A stretch of DNA of 64,000 bases from Ruegeria halocynthiae (lineage in GTDB: Bacteria; Pseudomonadota; Alphaproteobacteria; Rhodobacterales; Rhodobacteraceae). Each line of letters opens with the position of its first letter. Position 1 is the first letter of the stretch. The notes beneath the pieces are model-generated. The model worked only from the letters and a program-made list of their open reading frames with translations. It was not told the origin of the DNA and did not search any database. Location: NCBI RefSeq assembly GCF_000743705.1, contig NZ_JQEZ01000002.1, positions 490,862 to 554,861 on the forward strand, in the 5' to 3' direction. This document shows positions 36,677 to 47,414 of this stretch, piece by piece. A program made the position numbers and the translations under genes.

Positions 36677-38353
36677 TTAATCGCCCGATTTCAGCGCTGC
36701 ACCCAGGATGTCGCCCAGCGATGCGCCCGAGTCGGAGGAACCGTACTGTTCCACGGCCTCTTTCTCTTCGGCGATTTCGCGTGCCTTGATCGACAGGCCC
36801 AGACGACGGGTCTTGCTGTCAACGTTGGTGACGCGGACGTCGATCTTGTCGCTGACCGAGAAACGCTCGGGGCGCTGTTCGGCACGATCACGCGACAGGT
36901 CCGAGCGGCGGATGAAGGACTTCATGCCTTCGTATTCCACCTCGATGCCGCCATCTTCGATTGCGGTCACTTCGACGGTGATGATCGAGCCACGCTTCAC
37001 GCCACCCACGGCTTCGGCGAACTTGTCACCGCCCAGGGCTTTGATCGACAGCGAGATACGCTCTTTTTCCACGTCAACTTCCGAGACAACGGCCGAAACC
37101 ATGTCGCCCTTGCGGTAGTTCTGGATCGCATCTTCGCCACGTTCGTCCCAGGACAGGTCGGACAGGTGAACCATGCCGTCGATGTCGCCTTCGAGGCCGA
37201 TGAACAGACCGAATTCGGTGATGTTCTTGACTTCGCCTTCGACTTCGGTGCCCTCGGGGTGTGTTTCTGCAAACACTTCCCACGGGTTGCGCATGGTCTG
37301 CTTGAGACCCAGGGAAACGCGACGCTTGGCGCCGTCGATTTCCAGAACCATGACGTCGACTTCCTGGCTGGTCGAAACGATCTTGCCGGGGTGGACGTTT
37401 TTCTTGGTCCAGGACATCTCGGACACGTGCACCAGACCTTCGACACCGGCTTCCAGCTCGACGAACGCGCCGTAATCGGTGATGTTGGTGACGCGACCCT
37501 GATGAACCGAGCTCAGCGGGTACTTGGCAGCAACCAGATCCCACGGATCGTCCTGCAACTGCTTCATGCCCAGGCTGATGCGGTGGGTTTCTTTGTTGAT
37601 CTTGATGACCTGAACCTTGATGGTTTCACCGATCGTCAGGATCTCGGACGGGTGGTTGACCCGACGCCATGCCATGTCGGTGACGTGCAGCAGGCCGTCA
37701 ACACCGCCCAGGTCAACAAATGCACCGTATTCGGTGATGTTCTTGACAACACCTTCGACGGTCTGACCTTCGGACAGGTTGCCGATGACTTCGGCACGCT
37801 GTTCGGCACGTGATTCTTCCAGGATTGCGCGGCGCGAAACAACGATGTTGCCACGGCGACGGTCCATTTTCAGAATCTGGAACGGCTGCTTCAGACCCAT
37901 CAGCGGGCCAGCGTCGCGCACGGGGCGAACATCAACCTGCGAACCGGGCAGGAACGCAACTGCGCCACCCAGATCAACGGTGAAGCCACCCTTGACACGA
38001 CCAAAGATCGCACCTTCGACGCGCTGGTCGTCGGCGTATGCTTTTTCCAGACGGTCCCATGCCTCTTCACGGCGGGCCATCTCGCGGGAGATGACGGCTT
38101 CGCCACGGGCGTTTTCTGCGGCGCGCAGGTAGACTTCTACCTCGTCACCAACAGCGATTTCAGGGGCTTCGCCGGGATTTGCGAATTCTTTCAGATCAAC
38201 GCGGCCTTCCATTTTGTAGCCGACGTCGATGATGGCCTGGCCCGCTTCAATCGCGAGAACCTTGCCTTTGACAACAGAACCCTCTTCGGGCGTGTCCATT
38301 TCGAAGCTTTCGTTCAGGAGGGCTTCGAATTCCTCCATGGTTGTATCAGCCAT
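36677..38353 (-). CDS. rpsA: 30S ribosomal protein S1
   Basis: 558 aa with six S1 repeats. Confidence 0.95.
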   Translation of the reverse strand: MADTTMEEFEALLNESFEMDTPEEGSVVKGKVLAIEAGQAIIDVGYKMEGRVDLKEFANPGEAPEIAVGDEVEVYLRAAENARGEAVISREMARREEAWDRLEKAYADDQRVEGAIFGRVKGGFTVDLGGAVAFLPGSQVDVRPVRDAGPLMGLKQPFQILKMDRRRGNIVVSRRAILEESRAEQRAEVIGNLSEGQTVEGVVKNITEYGAFVDLGGVDGLLHVTDMAWRRVNHPSEILTIGETIKVQVIKINKETHRISLGMKQLQDDPWDLVAAKYPLSSVHQGRVTNITDYGAFVELEAGVEGLVHVSEMSWTKKNVHPGKIVSTSQEVDVMVLEIDGAKRRVSLGLKQTMRNPWEVFAETHPEGTEVEGEVKNITEFGLFIGLEGDIDGMVHLSDLSWDERGEDAIQNYRKGDMVSAVVSEVDVEKERISLSIKALGGDKFAEAVGGVKRGSIITVEVTAIEDGGIEVEYEGMKSFIRRSDLSRDRAEQRPERFSVSDKIDVRVTNVDSKTRRLGLSIKAREIAEEKEAVEQYGSSDSGASLGDILGAALKSGD

Positions 38354-38703
38354 CTGGCAGTGTTTTCCTTTACATACGTTTTTACTGGCCGAGCGGTTGT
38401 CTCCGCCGGTCTTGTTTCATGATGTCTCAGGCGTGACCCGGGGCGTATCTGAAAACACAAACACAAAGGGCCGAGGTAACCCGGCCCTGCTCAGATACGT
38501 CATCCGGACGTTAACCGCCCTTGTTAAGACGCGTGCTCTATACCGGGTTGGCGGCCGCCCCGCAAGTCGAAAGCCCCGCAGCCGTGAATCCCATCCGAAC
38601 CTATCAGCCTCACATTAACTTGAAGATGTGCAGGCTATGTTGCGCCCCGACAGCCGACAGGGCACCTGTCTGGCACTGCAACCGCGAACCGGAGCCTTGG
38701 ATC

Positions 38704-39111
38704 ATGGAAGAATTCGATCTTATCGTCGCACAGCAACCCCAATGGGTACAGATCTGGATGAACATCCTGATGGTTGGTGCGTTCATCCTGCCGATCACCC
38801 TGCTTATCTGGCGTCAAACCCGCGTGGTAGCGGTCATCTGCATACTTGGCGGCGTGCTGGCGGGGATCGGCGTCATGTTGATCTTTACCCAGATGGGGTT
38901 CGTCAGGCTGATGGGTCTGGGGCATGTGCTGGTCTGGACGCCGCTGGCCCTTTATCTGTGGAAACAGCAATCCCGCCCCGAGGTGCCGATGCCCCCCAAA
39001 TGGATCATCCGCGCCGTTCTGTTGACCATCGCGATCTCGTTGGCGTTCGACTATGTGGATGTGATCCGCTATCTGCTGGGCGATCGGACACCGGTGCCTG
39101 TTCCCGCCTGA
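38704..39111 (+). CDS. Hypothetical small integral membrane protein (4 predicted TM helices)
   Basis: 135 aa. GGAG RBS before the ATG at 38704. No known domain. Confidence 0.5.
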   Translation: MEEFDLIVAQQPQWVQIWMNILMVGAFILPITLLIWRQTRVVAVICILGGVLAGIGVMLIFTQMGFVRLMGLGHVLVWTPLALYLWKQQSRPEVPMPPKWIIRAVLLTIAISLAFDYVDVIRYLLGDRTPVPVPA

Positions 39112-39125
39112 TCACAGGTCGGGGC

Positions 39126-39641
39126 TCAGATCTCCTCGCCTTTCTTGAGCAATTCATCAATCAGAGCGCGCTGCAGATCGTTACTGTCACCGCCCCCGAA
39201 CTGCTGCGCGCCCCCGGAATACAACGAACCATAGGTCGTTGCGATATTCACCGTCTGCGCCAACCCCGAGATCAACTGATCCTTTTCCAACGGCGACAGC
39301 GGATGAATGAAAGCCGCCCAAAGCGTGCCATTGGCAATCGCATAGCGCGCGTCCAGGGCGCTGTCGAAATTGGCCTGCATCATGCGTTGCATATCCTCGA
39401 CGGTCAGGTCCTCGGCGCTGCGGATTGGAACCATCGCGCGCATCCTGTCAGCGTTGGCGTCTGTTATCACCAGAACCGGGACATCCGACACCGTCAGCTG
39501 AAAACCGGGGCCGCGCGGCTGGGCCTCGGGGTCCAGGGCGAAAATGATCTTGCCCAGACGCTCATAGGTCATGGGCGGCTCTGCCTCCTGCGCGGCCAGG
39601 CCTCCGGCCAGGAAAATCACGAAAAGGGCTAGTCGGATCAT
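39126..39641 (-). CDS. Hypothetical periplasmic protein with signal peptide
   Basis: 171 aa with MIRLALFVIFLAGGLAAQEA signal peptide. No known domain. Confidence 0.55.
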   Translation of the reverse strand: MIRLALFVIFLAGGLAAQEAEPPMTYERLGKIIFALDPEAQPRGPGFQLTVSDVPVLVITDANADRMRAMVPIRSAEDLTVEDMQRMMQANFDSALDARYAIANGTLWAAFIHPLSPLEKDQLISGLAQTVNIATTYGSLYSGGAQQFGGGDSNDLQRALIDELLKKGEEI

Positions 39642-39858
39642 GGTGTCGCTCCTGCGGGTTGCTTTTCAACCATAAGAACCCGCCCTCACACTGACCACAC
39701 AAAGCTTAGTGAAGAGTATTTCCAGATCAGCCGCAGCTTTGAACGATCTGCAAAGTTTACCGTCTTTTTGGACATAGCTCGTTCAGAACCATACATCTAC
39801 GTTTGTTTCAGCGGCTGCCACACAGGTCGCCCCGAAGCTGAACACGGAAGGAAATGCA

Positions 39859-40338
39859 ATGAAATCTCTGGTCCTGACCACCCTGATCGCAACCCTGCCT
39901 CTGATCGCCGCCCCGGCTTTCGCAGCAGATGAGATCAACGTCTCAAGCGGTATCTCGGCCGCGGGCGCGCCATTGGCGGCGCATGGCGCCGATCTGGTGG
40001 CACTGGTCAATGACGGTAATCCCGTCGGCGGCGTTGCCACCCACTCTGCAACTTATGACGGCGCATCCTATTACTTTGCCAGCGCCGCGAACCGCGAAGC
40101 GTTCGAGGCCAACCCCACCGCCTATCTGCCACAGCATGGCGGGTTCTGCTCGTTCGGGGTGTCGGTCGGCAAGAAATTCGACGGCGACCCGGATCAGTAT
40201 CTGATCGCGGATGGCAAACTGTATCTGTTCCTGAACGCCGAAACCCGTGCGGCTTTCTTGAAGGATGTAGCAGGTACGTCGAAAACCGCTGATAGCCAGT
40301 GGTCAGAAATCAAAAGCGTCGCTGCTGGCGAGCTGTGA
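39859..40338 (+). CDS. Secreted YHS-domain (TRASH-like, putative metal-binding) protein
   Basis: Signal peptide plus the conserved motif YYFASAANREAFEANPTAYLPQHGGFCSFGVSVGKKFDGDPDQYLIADGKLYLF typical of alphaproteobacterial YHS proteins. Confidence 0.65.
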   Translation: MKSLVLTTLIATLPLIAAPAFAADEINVSSGISAAGAPLAAHGADLVALVNDGNPVGGVATHSATYDGASYYFASAANREAFEANPTAYLPQHGGFCSFGVSVGKKFDGDPDQYLIADGKLYLFLNAETRAAFLKDVAGTSKTADSQWSEIKSVAAGEL

Positions 40339-40360
40339 TCCACCCCGATTGCCTGCGGCG

Positions 40361-40978
40361 TTACGACGTCGCGGGCAGTTTTTCAGCAATAAACGCCACG
40401 GCTTTCGCCAAAGCGTCCTCGATACTCAGGTCCGATGTATCCAGCAAGACGGCGTCATCCGCGGGTTTCATCGGCGCGGTACTGCGTTCTGCGTCCCGAA
40501 CATCCCGCTCGCGAACATCGGTCAGCACCTGATCGGGGGTCACGTCGGCCCCTTTGGCGCTTAATTCCAGATAACGGCGTTCTGCCCGAACTTCCGAACT
40601 GGCCGTGACAAACAGTTTCACTTCGGCATTGGGGCAAATGACCGTGCCAATGTCACGACCGTCCAGAACCGCCCCGCCCGCGCGACAGGCAAAGCTGCGC
40701 TGAAAATCAATCAAGGCTGCGCGAACTTCGGGAATTACGGCAACTTTTGACGCAGATTGCGCAATCTCAGCAGTTCGCAAATCGCCTCGCGCCAATTCTT
40801 CAGCCGTCAATGCCTTTGCTGCAGCAATGGGTGCCATGCCCTCCAACGTGCGACGACCGACTGCCCGATACAAAAGACCTGTATCGAGATGCGCAAATCC
40901 GAAATGTGCGGCAACCCCTTTTGAGATTGTGCCCTTGCCCGCCGCCGCAGGCCCATCAATGGCGACGGTAAAGCTCAT
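40361..40978 (-). CDS. cmk: Cytidylate kinase
   Basis: P-loop [11 protein letters not shown]. Overlaps the aroA stop by 4 bp. Confidence 0.9.
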   Translation of the reverse strand: MSFTVAIDGPAAAGKGTISKGVAAHFGFAHLDTGLLYRAVGRRTLEGMAPIAAAKALTAEELARGDLRTAEIAQSASKVAVIPEVRAALIDFQRSFACRAGGAVLDGRDIGTVICPNAEVKLFVTASSEVRAERRYLELSAKGADVTPDQVLTDVRERDVRDAERSTAPMKPADDAVLLDTSDLSIEDALAKAVAFIAEKLPATS

Positions 40979-42321
40979 GCCCGTTCGACCCTGGCACCCA
41001 GCGAGGCCATCAGCGGTTCAAAGATTGGGAACGACGTTGCAATCGGGCCGCCATCATCGACAGAAACCGGTGCTTTTGCCCCCATACCCATCACCATAAA
41101 GGACATGGCGATGCGGTGATCCAGAAAGCTTTCGCAGGTGCCGCCACCGGGGACATTGCCGATGCCCAGCCCGTCGACCGACCACCATTCCTCGCCCTCA
41201 TCCACGGTCACGCCATTGGCGCGAAGTCCGCGCGCCATGGCGTCGATGCGGTCGCTTTCCTTGACGCGCAGCTCTTTCACGCCGCCCATCATCGTGGTGC
41301 CGGTCGCATTGGCAGCCACCACCGACAGCACCGGGTATTCGTCGATCATCGAGGCCGCGCGTTCCGGCGGCACATTGATCCCCTTCATGTTGGGCGAATA
41401 TTTCGCGCGCAGGTCTGCGACCGGCTCGCCCCCTTCCTCACGCTCATTCTCATAGGTCAGGTCCGCGCCCATTTCGCGCAGGGTGGTGAACAGCCCCGCA
41501 CGGGTCGGGTTCAGGCCGATCCCCGGCACCAGAACGTCCGATCCGGGCGTGAGCAGCGCCGCACAGACCGGAAACGCCGCGCTGGAGGGATCGCGAGGAA
41601 CGGCGATGACCTGCGGTTTCAATTCAGGACGGCCGGTCAGGGTGATCACCCGGCCCTCATCCGTGTCTTCAACTGTAATTTCAGCGCCAAACCCGACCAG
41701 CATCCGTTCGGAATGATCCCGGGTGGCTTCTTTTTCGATCACCACCGTTTTGCCGGGCGCGTTCAGTCCCGCCAGCAGCACCGCGGATTTCACCTGTGCC
41801 GATGGCACCGGCACTTCATAGCGAACCGGAACCGGCTCGGCCGCGCCCACGATGGTCATCGGCAAGCGCCCACCGGAACGGCCCACGGATTGCGTGCCAA
41901 ACAGCGCCAGCGGATCGGTCACCCGCGCCATCGGACGTTTGTTCAGGCTGGCATCGCCCGTGAACGTCGCCGAGATCGGAGAAGTCGCCATCGCGCCCAT
42001 GATCAGCCGCACACCAGTGCCCGAGTTGCCACAGTCGATCACCTGATCCGGTTCGGCAAACCCGCCGACACCCACGCCGTGCACGGTCCATTCGCCGTTG
42101 CCGTGATCCGTCACCTCGGCCCCAAAGGCGCGCATGGCCTTGGCGGTGTCAAGAACGTCTTCGCCCTCAAGCAAGCCCGAGATCTTTGTCTCACCCACCG
42201 CCATCGCGCCAAGGATCAGCGACCGGTGCGAGATTGACTTGTCACCGGGCACCTCAGCGGTACCGGTCAGCGGGCCGCAGGGATGCGAGGTCATCGGGAT
42301 GGGCGTGCCGTGTCCGGACAT
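40975..42321 (-). CDS. aroA: 3-phosphoshikimate 1-carboxyvinyltransferase (EPSP synthase)
   Basis: [14 protein letters not shown] and LFGAE/NSGT motifs, 448 aa. Confidence 0.9.
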   Translation of the reverse strand: MSGHGTPIPMTSHPCGPLTGTAEVPGDKSISHRSLILGAMAVGETKISGLLEGEDVLDTAKAMRAFGAEVTDHGNGEWTVHGVGVGGFAEPDQVIDCGNSGTGVRLIMGAMATSPISATFTGDASLNKRPMARVTDPLALFGTQSVGRSGGRLPMTIVGAAEPVPVRYEVPVPSAQVKSAVLLAGLNAPGKTVVIEKEATRDHSERMLVGFGAEITVEDTDEGRVITLTGRPELKPQVIAVPRDPSSAAFPVCAALLTPGSDVLVPGIGLNPTRAGLFTTLREMGADLTYENEREEGGEPVADLRAKYSPNMKGINVPPERAASMIDEYPVLSVVAANATGTTMMGGVKELRVKESDRIDAMARGLRANGVTVDEGEEWWSVDGLGIGNVPGGGTCESFLDHRIAMSFMVMGMGAKAPVSVDDGGPIATSFPIFEPLMASLGARVERA

Positions 42322-42388
42322 GGGGGCTCCTTTTGCGCTATCAGTCCTAGGCCGATTAGCGAATTGGGGCCGTTTGGTCCAGCCGCAA

Positions 42389-43099
42389 TCAGCCTTTGCG
42401 GCGGAAGGTCAGGTAATGTGGCGTCCGACCTTCGCGCAGGGCTTTTTGTTCATAGCGGGTGGAAATCCAGTCATCCCACGGCTCGCGCCAGTCTGCGGGG
42501 TGCTTGGCCAGCCATTCGAACCCCGCGCGCGGCACTTCTTCCAGCGTCTGGCGGACATAGTCGGGAATGTCGGTGGCCACCCGGAAAATCGACCCCGGTT
42601 TCAGGGCACGGGCCAAAGGCTCCAGATGCTCGGGCGTTACAAAGCGGCGGCGGTGGTGTCGCGTTTTGGGCCAGGGATCGGGGTACAGTAGAAACGCGCG
42701 CGAAATGCTGGCCTCGGGCAGAACGTCGAAAAGATCACGCACATCGTTGGGATGAACGGCCAAATTTTCGACCCCTGCTTTGCGGATTTTACCCAACAAC
42801 ATGGCAACGCCGTTGATATAAGGCTCGGCCCCGATGATGCCGATATCGGGGTTGCTTGCGGCCTGATGCACCAGATGCTCACCACCGCCAAAACCAATCT
42901 CAAGCCAAACATCCTTGCCACCGAACAGGGTGTCCAGGTCCAGCGGATTGCGTTCCGGGTTGGATTCCCAATCGACAGCACCCGGCGACAGGGCGTCGAG
43001 GTCTTCGTTCAGATACGTCTTCTGGCTGGGCTTGAGGGTCTTGCCCTTGAAGCGGCCATAGAAGTTTCTGCGGGGGCGTTGTGGTGTCTGGGTGCTCAT
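42389..43099 (-). CDS. trmB: tRNA (guanine46-N7)-methyltransferase
   Basis: [14 protein letters not shown]-terminus and SAM-MTase core ([10 protein letters not shown]). Confidence 0.85.
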   Translation of the reverse strand: MSTQTPQRPRRNFYGRFKGKTLKPSQKTYLNEDLDALSPGAVDWESNPERNPLDLDTLFGGKDVWLEIGFGGGEHLVHQAASNPDIGIIGAEPYINGVAMLLGKIRKAGVENLAVHPNDVRDLFDVLPEASISRAFLLYPDPWPKTRHHRRRFVTPEHLEPLARALKPGSIFRVATDIPDYVRQTLEEVPRAGFEWLAKHPADWREPWDDWISTRYEQKALREGRTPHYLTFRRKG

Positions 43100-43150
43100 G
43101 GCGGTGCCCATACTGCGCGGGTCGCAGTGTTGCAACCCCAGCGCCGGATC

Positions 43151-43190
43151 GAAAAAGCGCGCCAGGATCGGCGCGCTTTGTTTGTTTTCG
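43151..43190. terminator. Hairpin with flanking A/T runs between metK and trmB (bidirectional terminator-like)
   Basis: AAAAAGCGCGCC-AGGATC-GGCGCGCTTTGTTTGTTTT. Confidence 0.45.
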
Positions 43191-43192
43191 GT

Positions 43193-44374
43193 TCAGACCG
43201 CCGCTTTCAGTGCGTTGGCCAGATCGGTGCGTTCCCAGCTGAACCCACCATCGGCGTCCGGCTCACGGCCAAAGTGGCCATAAGCAGCGGTGCGCTGATA
43301 GATCGGTTTATTCAGCTCCAGATGCTGACGAATGCCACGCGGGGTCAGGTCCATCACCTGACCGACGGCATTTTCGATCCGCGCGTCTGCAACCTGACCG
43401 GTGCCATGGGTATCGGCATAAATCGACAGCGGCTTGGACACACCAATCGCATAGCTCAGCTGGATGGTGCAGCGTTCAGCCATACCAGACGCGACCACGT
43501 TTTTGGCCAGATAGCGCGCGGCATAGGCGGCCGAACGGTCCACCTTGGTCGGATCTTTGCCCGAAAACGCACCGCCACCATGCGGCGCGGCACCGCCATA
43601 GGTGTCCACGATGATCTTACGGCCTGTCAGGCCAGCATCGCCATCGGGGCCGCCGATAACGAACTTGCCGGTCGGGTTGACGTGCCATTCGGTCTCGGCC
43701 GTCAGCCACCCTTCGGGCAGGGATTCGGTGATATAAGGCTCGACGATGGCGCGGATGTCGTTCGAGGTTAGCGCTTCGTCCAGATGCTGTGTCGACAACA
43801 CGATCGAGCTGACGCCGACCGGCTTGCCATCACGGTAAATGACCGACAGCTGGGATTTCGCATCCGGGCCAAGCGCGGGTTCGGTGCCGTTTTTGCGCAC
43901 CTCTGCCAGACGGCGCAGAATTGCGTGCGAATACTGGATCGGGGCGGGCATCAGCGCCGGCGTCTCGGTGGTGGCATAGCCGAACATGATGCCCTGATCG
44001 CCAGCACCCTCATCCTTGTCGCCCGAGGCATCCACGCCCTGTGCGATATGTGCGGATTGTTCGTGTAGCAGGTTTGTTACTTCAACCGTTTCGTGGTGGA
44101 ACTTGTCCTGCTCATAGCCGATATCCTTGATACAGGCGCGCGTGATCTCATCAATGCGGCCCATATAGTCGTGCAGCTTTTCCTGATCAGACAGACCTAC
44201 TTCGCCACCAATGACAACACGATCGGTCGTGGCAAAGGTTTCGCACGCCACGCGCGCTTCGGGTTCTTCGTTCAGAAATGCGTCAAGCACGGCATCCGAG
44301 ATACGGTCGCAAACCTTATCCGGGTGCCCTTCGGAAACGGACTCCGAAGTGAAGGTGTAGTTCTTTCGGGACAT
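43193..44374 (-). CDS. metK: S-adenosylmethionine synthase
   Basis: [22 protein letters not shown] and [16 protein letters not shown] signatures, 393 aa. Confidence 0.95.
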   Translation of the reverse strand: MSRKNYTFTSESVSEGHPDKVCDRISDAVLDAFLNEEPEARVACETFATTDRVVIGGEVGLSDQEKLHDYMGRIDEITRACIKDIGYEQDKFHHETVEVTNLLHEQSAHIAQGVDASGDKDEGAGDQGIMFGYATTETPALMPAPIQYSHAILRRLAEVRKNGTEPALGPDAKSQLSVIYRDGKPVGVSSIVLSTQHLDEALTSNDIRAIVEPYITESLPEGWLTAETEWHVNPTGKFVIGGPDGDAGLTGRKIIVDTYGGAAPHGGGAFSGKDPTKVDRSAAYAARYLAKNVVASGMAERCTIQLSYAIGVSKPLSIYADTHGTGQVADARIENAVGQVMDLTPRGIRQHLELNKPIYQRTAAYGHFGREPDADGGFSWERTDLANALKAAV

Positions 44375-44379
44375 GAAAG

Positions 44380-44432
44380 TGCTCCATTAAGATTTCCCCA
44401 CCACGTCAGGAAGCCGTTGTGACAGGCATTCG
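44380..44432 (-). promoter_or_regulatory. Candidate SAM/SAH-type riboswitch in the metK 5' leader
   Basis: Leader reads (minus strand) ...CUGUCACAACGGCUUCCUGACGUGGUGGGGAAAUCUUAAUGGAGCAC-AUG. The CACAACGGCUUCCUGACGUGG core matches, from memory, the SD-sequestering metK riboswitch described in Rhodobacterales. Confidence 0.55.
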
Positions 44433-44470
44433 ATGGGATACGACCACAGATGCACAGGGTCAATTGGTAT

Positions 44471-45967
44471 TTACGCGTGTTTCCGTCGGGCGTTGCGCCA
44501 TAGCAGCGCAACCAAAGCGGACAGAAACAGGATCACCGGCACATCGCCCATCCGGGAATACACAGTGGCCGCAAGCGGCATGGGCAGCTTTGCGTCGACA
44601 AACCCCGCCTTGCCCAGAGGCAGCGCATCCGTGACTTGGCCCAAGGGATCAATCATCGCCGACACCCCTGTGTTGGCCGAGCGCATCATCGGCAATCCCT
44701 GCTCAATTGCCCGCATCTGCGCTTGCGCCAGATGCTGATAGGGGCCGGACCGGGTGCCAAACCACGCGTCATTGGTGATCTGCAACAGGAAATCCGCCCG
44801 ACCCGGCGCAGACAAAACGTCCTGCGTAAACACGGCCTCGTAACAGATCAACGGCAGGGCCTTGCCCAGCTTTCCCGCATCCATCAACGCGGCCCCCGGC
44901 CCTGCGCTGAATCCGCTGCCTGTACTTGCCGCCATTCCGTAAATGCCAAACTGCGCCAACAGGTCGCCAAACGGAACATATTCGCCAAACGGGGCCAGAT
45001 GGTGTTTGTCGTACAGCCCCTGCTGCTGGCCGTCCTCATCCAGATAGATCATCGAGTTATAAATGCGTGGGCCATCGCCGCGCCGAATACCCAGAAAAAC
45101 CGGCACCCCCTGTGCCGCCTCGGATATTACGTCCAGATAGGGTTGTGCGCCGCCCAACCATGCAATCACCGCAGTCTCGGGCCAGACAATCAGGTCGGGT
45201 CGTGGCGTGGCGGCGGTAAACTCGATCTGACGCGCAAAAAACAACGACGCGTAATCCAGGTCCCATTTTTGGTGCTGGGGCGCGTTGGGCTGAACCAGCC
45301 GAACAACATGATCGGTTGCAACAACGGTCGGGCGCGCGGCTGCATAGCCAAGCACCAGAACAACGCTGCCCACTGTAAGGGCGGAAGCCGCAGCAAACCC
45401 ACCGCGCTGCGCCAGCGCTGCCCCCAAGGGGAACGTTGCCAATAGGGTCAGAGCGCCCAGACCATAAGGCCCAACCAACGACAAAAGCTGTGCCGCCGAA
45501 GTTTCCACCCAGATTTGCGCAAACCCAGCCCAGGGGAAACCGGTCAGAACATACCCCCGGGCACATTCCGCCAGCGACAGGGTCACGGCCAGAAACACGG
45601 CCTGCCTGACCGCCTGACTGCCGGGTCGGCGTACAACCCAGAACGCAAAGGCCCAGAACAGGGCCAAACCGCCCGCCATGAAGATCAGGGCAAATGGTGC
45701 CATCCACGCGTGCCGCTCTGCGTCGACAAGAAACGGTTCGATGATCCAACTCAGCGCATTGGCGAAGTAGCCGGTGCCGAAAGCCCACCCCAACCACGCC
45801 GCGCGCGCGCGGGTTTCGGTCGTCAGAAACAAGGGGGCAAGAAGCACCAACGCCACCAGCGAAACGGCCCACAAGCCATAAGGTGCCAGGCCAAAAGCCA
45901 CCAACGCGCCAAGAACGGCTGTCAGCGCAAACCGCAGCCAAAAGGGCCAGCCCTGAGCAGGGTTCAT
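44471..45967 (-). CDS. lnt: Apolipoprotein N-acyltransferase
   Basis: N-terminal multi-TM region plus C-terminal nitrilase/CN-hydrolase domain. Start overlaps the corC stop. Confidence 0.85.
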   Translation of the reverse strand: MNPAQGWPFWLRFALTAVLGALVAFGLAPYGLWAVSLVALVLLAPLFLTTETRARAAWLGWAFGTGYFANALSWIIEPFLVDAERHAWMAPFALIFMAGGLALFWAFAFWVVRRPGSQAVRQAVFLAVTLSLAECARGYVLTGFPWAGFAQIWVETSAAQLLSLVGPYGLGALTLLATFPLGAALAQRGGFAAASALTVGSVVLVLGYAAARPTVVATDHVVRLVQPNAPQHQKWDLDYASLFFARQIEFTAATPRPDLIVWPETAVIAWLGGAQPYLDVISEAAQGVPVFLGIRRGDGPRIYNSMIYLDEDGQQQGLYDKHHLAPFGEYVPFGDLLAQFGIYGMAASTGSGFSAGPGAALMDAGKLGKALPLICYEAVFTQDVLSAPGRADFLLQITNDAWFGTRSGPYQHLAQAQMRAIEQGLPMMRSANTGVSAMIDPLGQVTDALPLGKAGFVDAKLPMPLAATVYSRMGDVPVILFLSALVALLWRNARRKHA

Positions 45968-46851
45968 GCAGTAATATCCGGCAACATGACGCGCAGCCGC
46001 TTGATCCGGCGCGGATCGGCGTCGATCACTTCGAACTCGGGGCCTTCGGGATGCAAGACAACCTCACCCCGTGCGGGCACACGACCCGACAGCATGAAGA
46101 CCAGACCGCCAAGCGTGTCGATCTCTTCCTCGTCCACGTCCTCGTGACTTGTCAGTGAACGCCCGATCTCAACCTCGAACTCCTCAAGCGGGACGCGGGC
46201 CTGCACGATGTAACACCCGGGCTTTTCTTGAACCCAAAGCTGGCTTTCATCGGCATCATGCTCATCAGCGATTTCACCCACGACCTGTTCGATCAGATCC
46301 TCGATGGTCAGCAGCCCATCAACACCGCCGTATTCATCAATCACCAGCGCCATGTGGCGCCGCTCAGTCTGCATTTTGGTCAGCAGTACACCGATCGGCA
46401 TCGAAGGCGGCACAAACAGCAGAGTCCGCAGCATCGACACCAAATCAAATTCCGAAGTTTTGCCGTTGAACCCGTGGGTCAGGGCAAAATCCTTGAGGTG
46501 AACAAAGCCCAATGGCGTATCAAGCGTGCCCTCATAGACCGGAATCCGGGACAGACCGCTGTCGCGAAACAGCTGTGCCAGCTCATCCTTGGTGATGGTT
46601 GACGAAACGGACACGATTTCAGCGGTTGGAATGGCGACGTCTTCAACCCGCATTCGCCGCAAGTTGATCATGCCCCTTGGCTGAACCTTGTCGACCTCAT
46701 GCCCGTTGGACAATTCGGTCGAATCGTCGCTCTGCGTCGAGAACGCGTCCACAAGTCGAGAAAAAAACCCGCTTCTCTCTTCAATCTTATCACTGCTGTC
46801 CTTTGGTTGCGCGCTTTGCGCCGCCATAGAACTGCCGTCTGTATCGCCCAT
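45964..46851 (-). CDS. corC: CorC/HlyC-family CBS-domain magnesium/cobalt efflux protein
   Basis: Tandem CBS domains plus C-terminal CorC_HlyC domain. Confidence 0.85.
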   Translation of the reverse strand: MGDTDGSSMAAQSAQPKDSSDKIEERSGFFSRLVDAFSTQSDDSTELSNGHEVDKVQPRGMINLRRMRVEDVAIPTAEIVSVSSTITKDELAQLFRDSGLSRIPVYEGTLDTPLGFVHLKDFALTHGFNGKTSEFDLVSMLRTLLFVPPSMPIGVLLTKMQTERRHMALVIDEYGGVDGLLTIEDLIEQVVGEIADEHDADESQLWVQEKPGCYIVQARVPLEEFEVEIGRSLTSHEDVDEEEIDTLGGLVFMLSGRVPARGEVVLHPEGPEFEVIDADPRRIKRLRVMLPDITA

Positions 46852-46886
46852 TAATCCGTTCCAAATAATGGCCCTAAAGGCCCGTG

Positions 46887-47414
46887 CTATTCATTATATG
46901 GGTCATCTATACCCAGTTTGCCAAGTATATCGACTTCGACCGCTTCCATCAAAGTGGCGTCCGGGTCACGGATGTGATCGTAACCCAGCAAATGCAACAC
47001 TCCGTGAATGATCAGATGCGTGACATGATCGTCCATAGCCTTGCCTGCCTGTGATGCCTCACGCAGGCAAGTGTCGTAGGAAATCGCGATGTCACCCAGC
47101 ACGATTTCGCCCATGAAATCCGGTGCTGGGCTGGCAGGATTCGCACCCGGGGTGTCAGCGGCCAAATCCTCGGCTGGCCAGCTGAGGACATTGGTTGGCG
47201 CAGATTTCTCACGAAATTCGGAATTCAGTTCAGCAATCCGGGTGTCATCACAGCCCAACACGCTGACTTCGCACAGATCAGAATCCAATCCGCAGCGATC
47301 AAGCACAGCCTGTATGGCGCGCGATGCCAGCGCCTCCAACCCGTGCCAGCGCGGGTCTTCTACCGTCAATTCCAAGTTCATTTCACCTTGCCCAACCAAG
47401 GCCCGGTCGTTCAA
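46887..47414 (-). CDS. ybeY: Endoribonuclease YbeY (rRNA maturation factor)
   Basis: HGVLHLLGYDH zinc-binding motif. Start may instead be the internal ATG at 47381 (MNLELTVED). Confidence 0.85.
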   Translation of the reverse strand: MNDRALVGQGEMNLELTVEDPRWHGLEALASRAIQAVLDRCGLDSDLCEVSVLGCDDTRIAELNSEFREKSAPTNVLSWPAEDLAADTPGANPASPAPDFMGEIVLGDIAISYDTCLREASQAGKAMDDHVTHLIIHGVLHLLGYDHIRDPDATLMEAVEVDILGKLGIDDPYNE

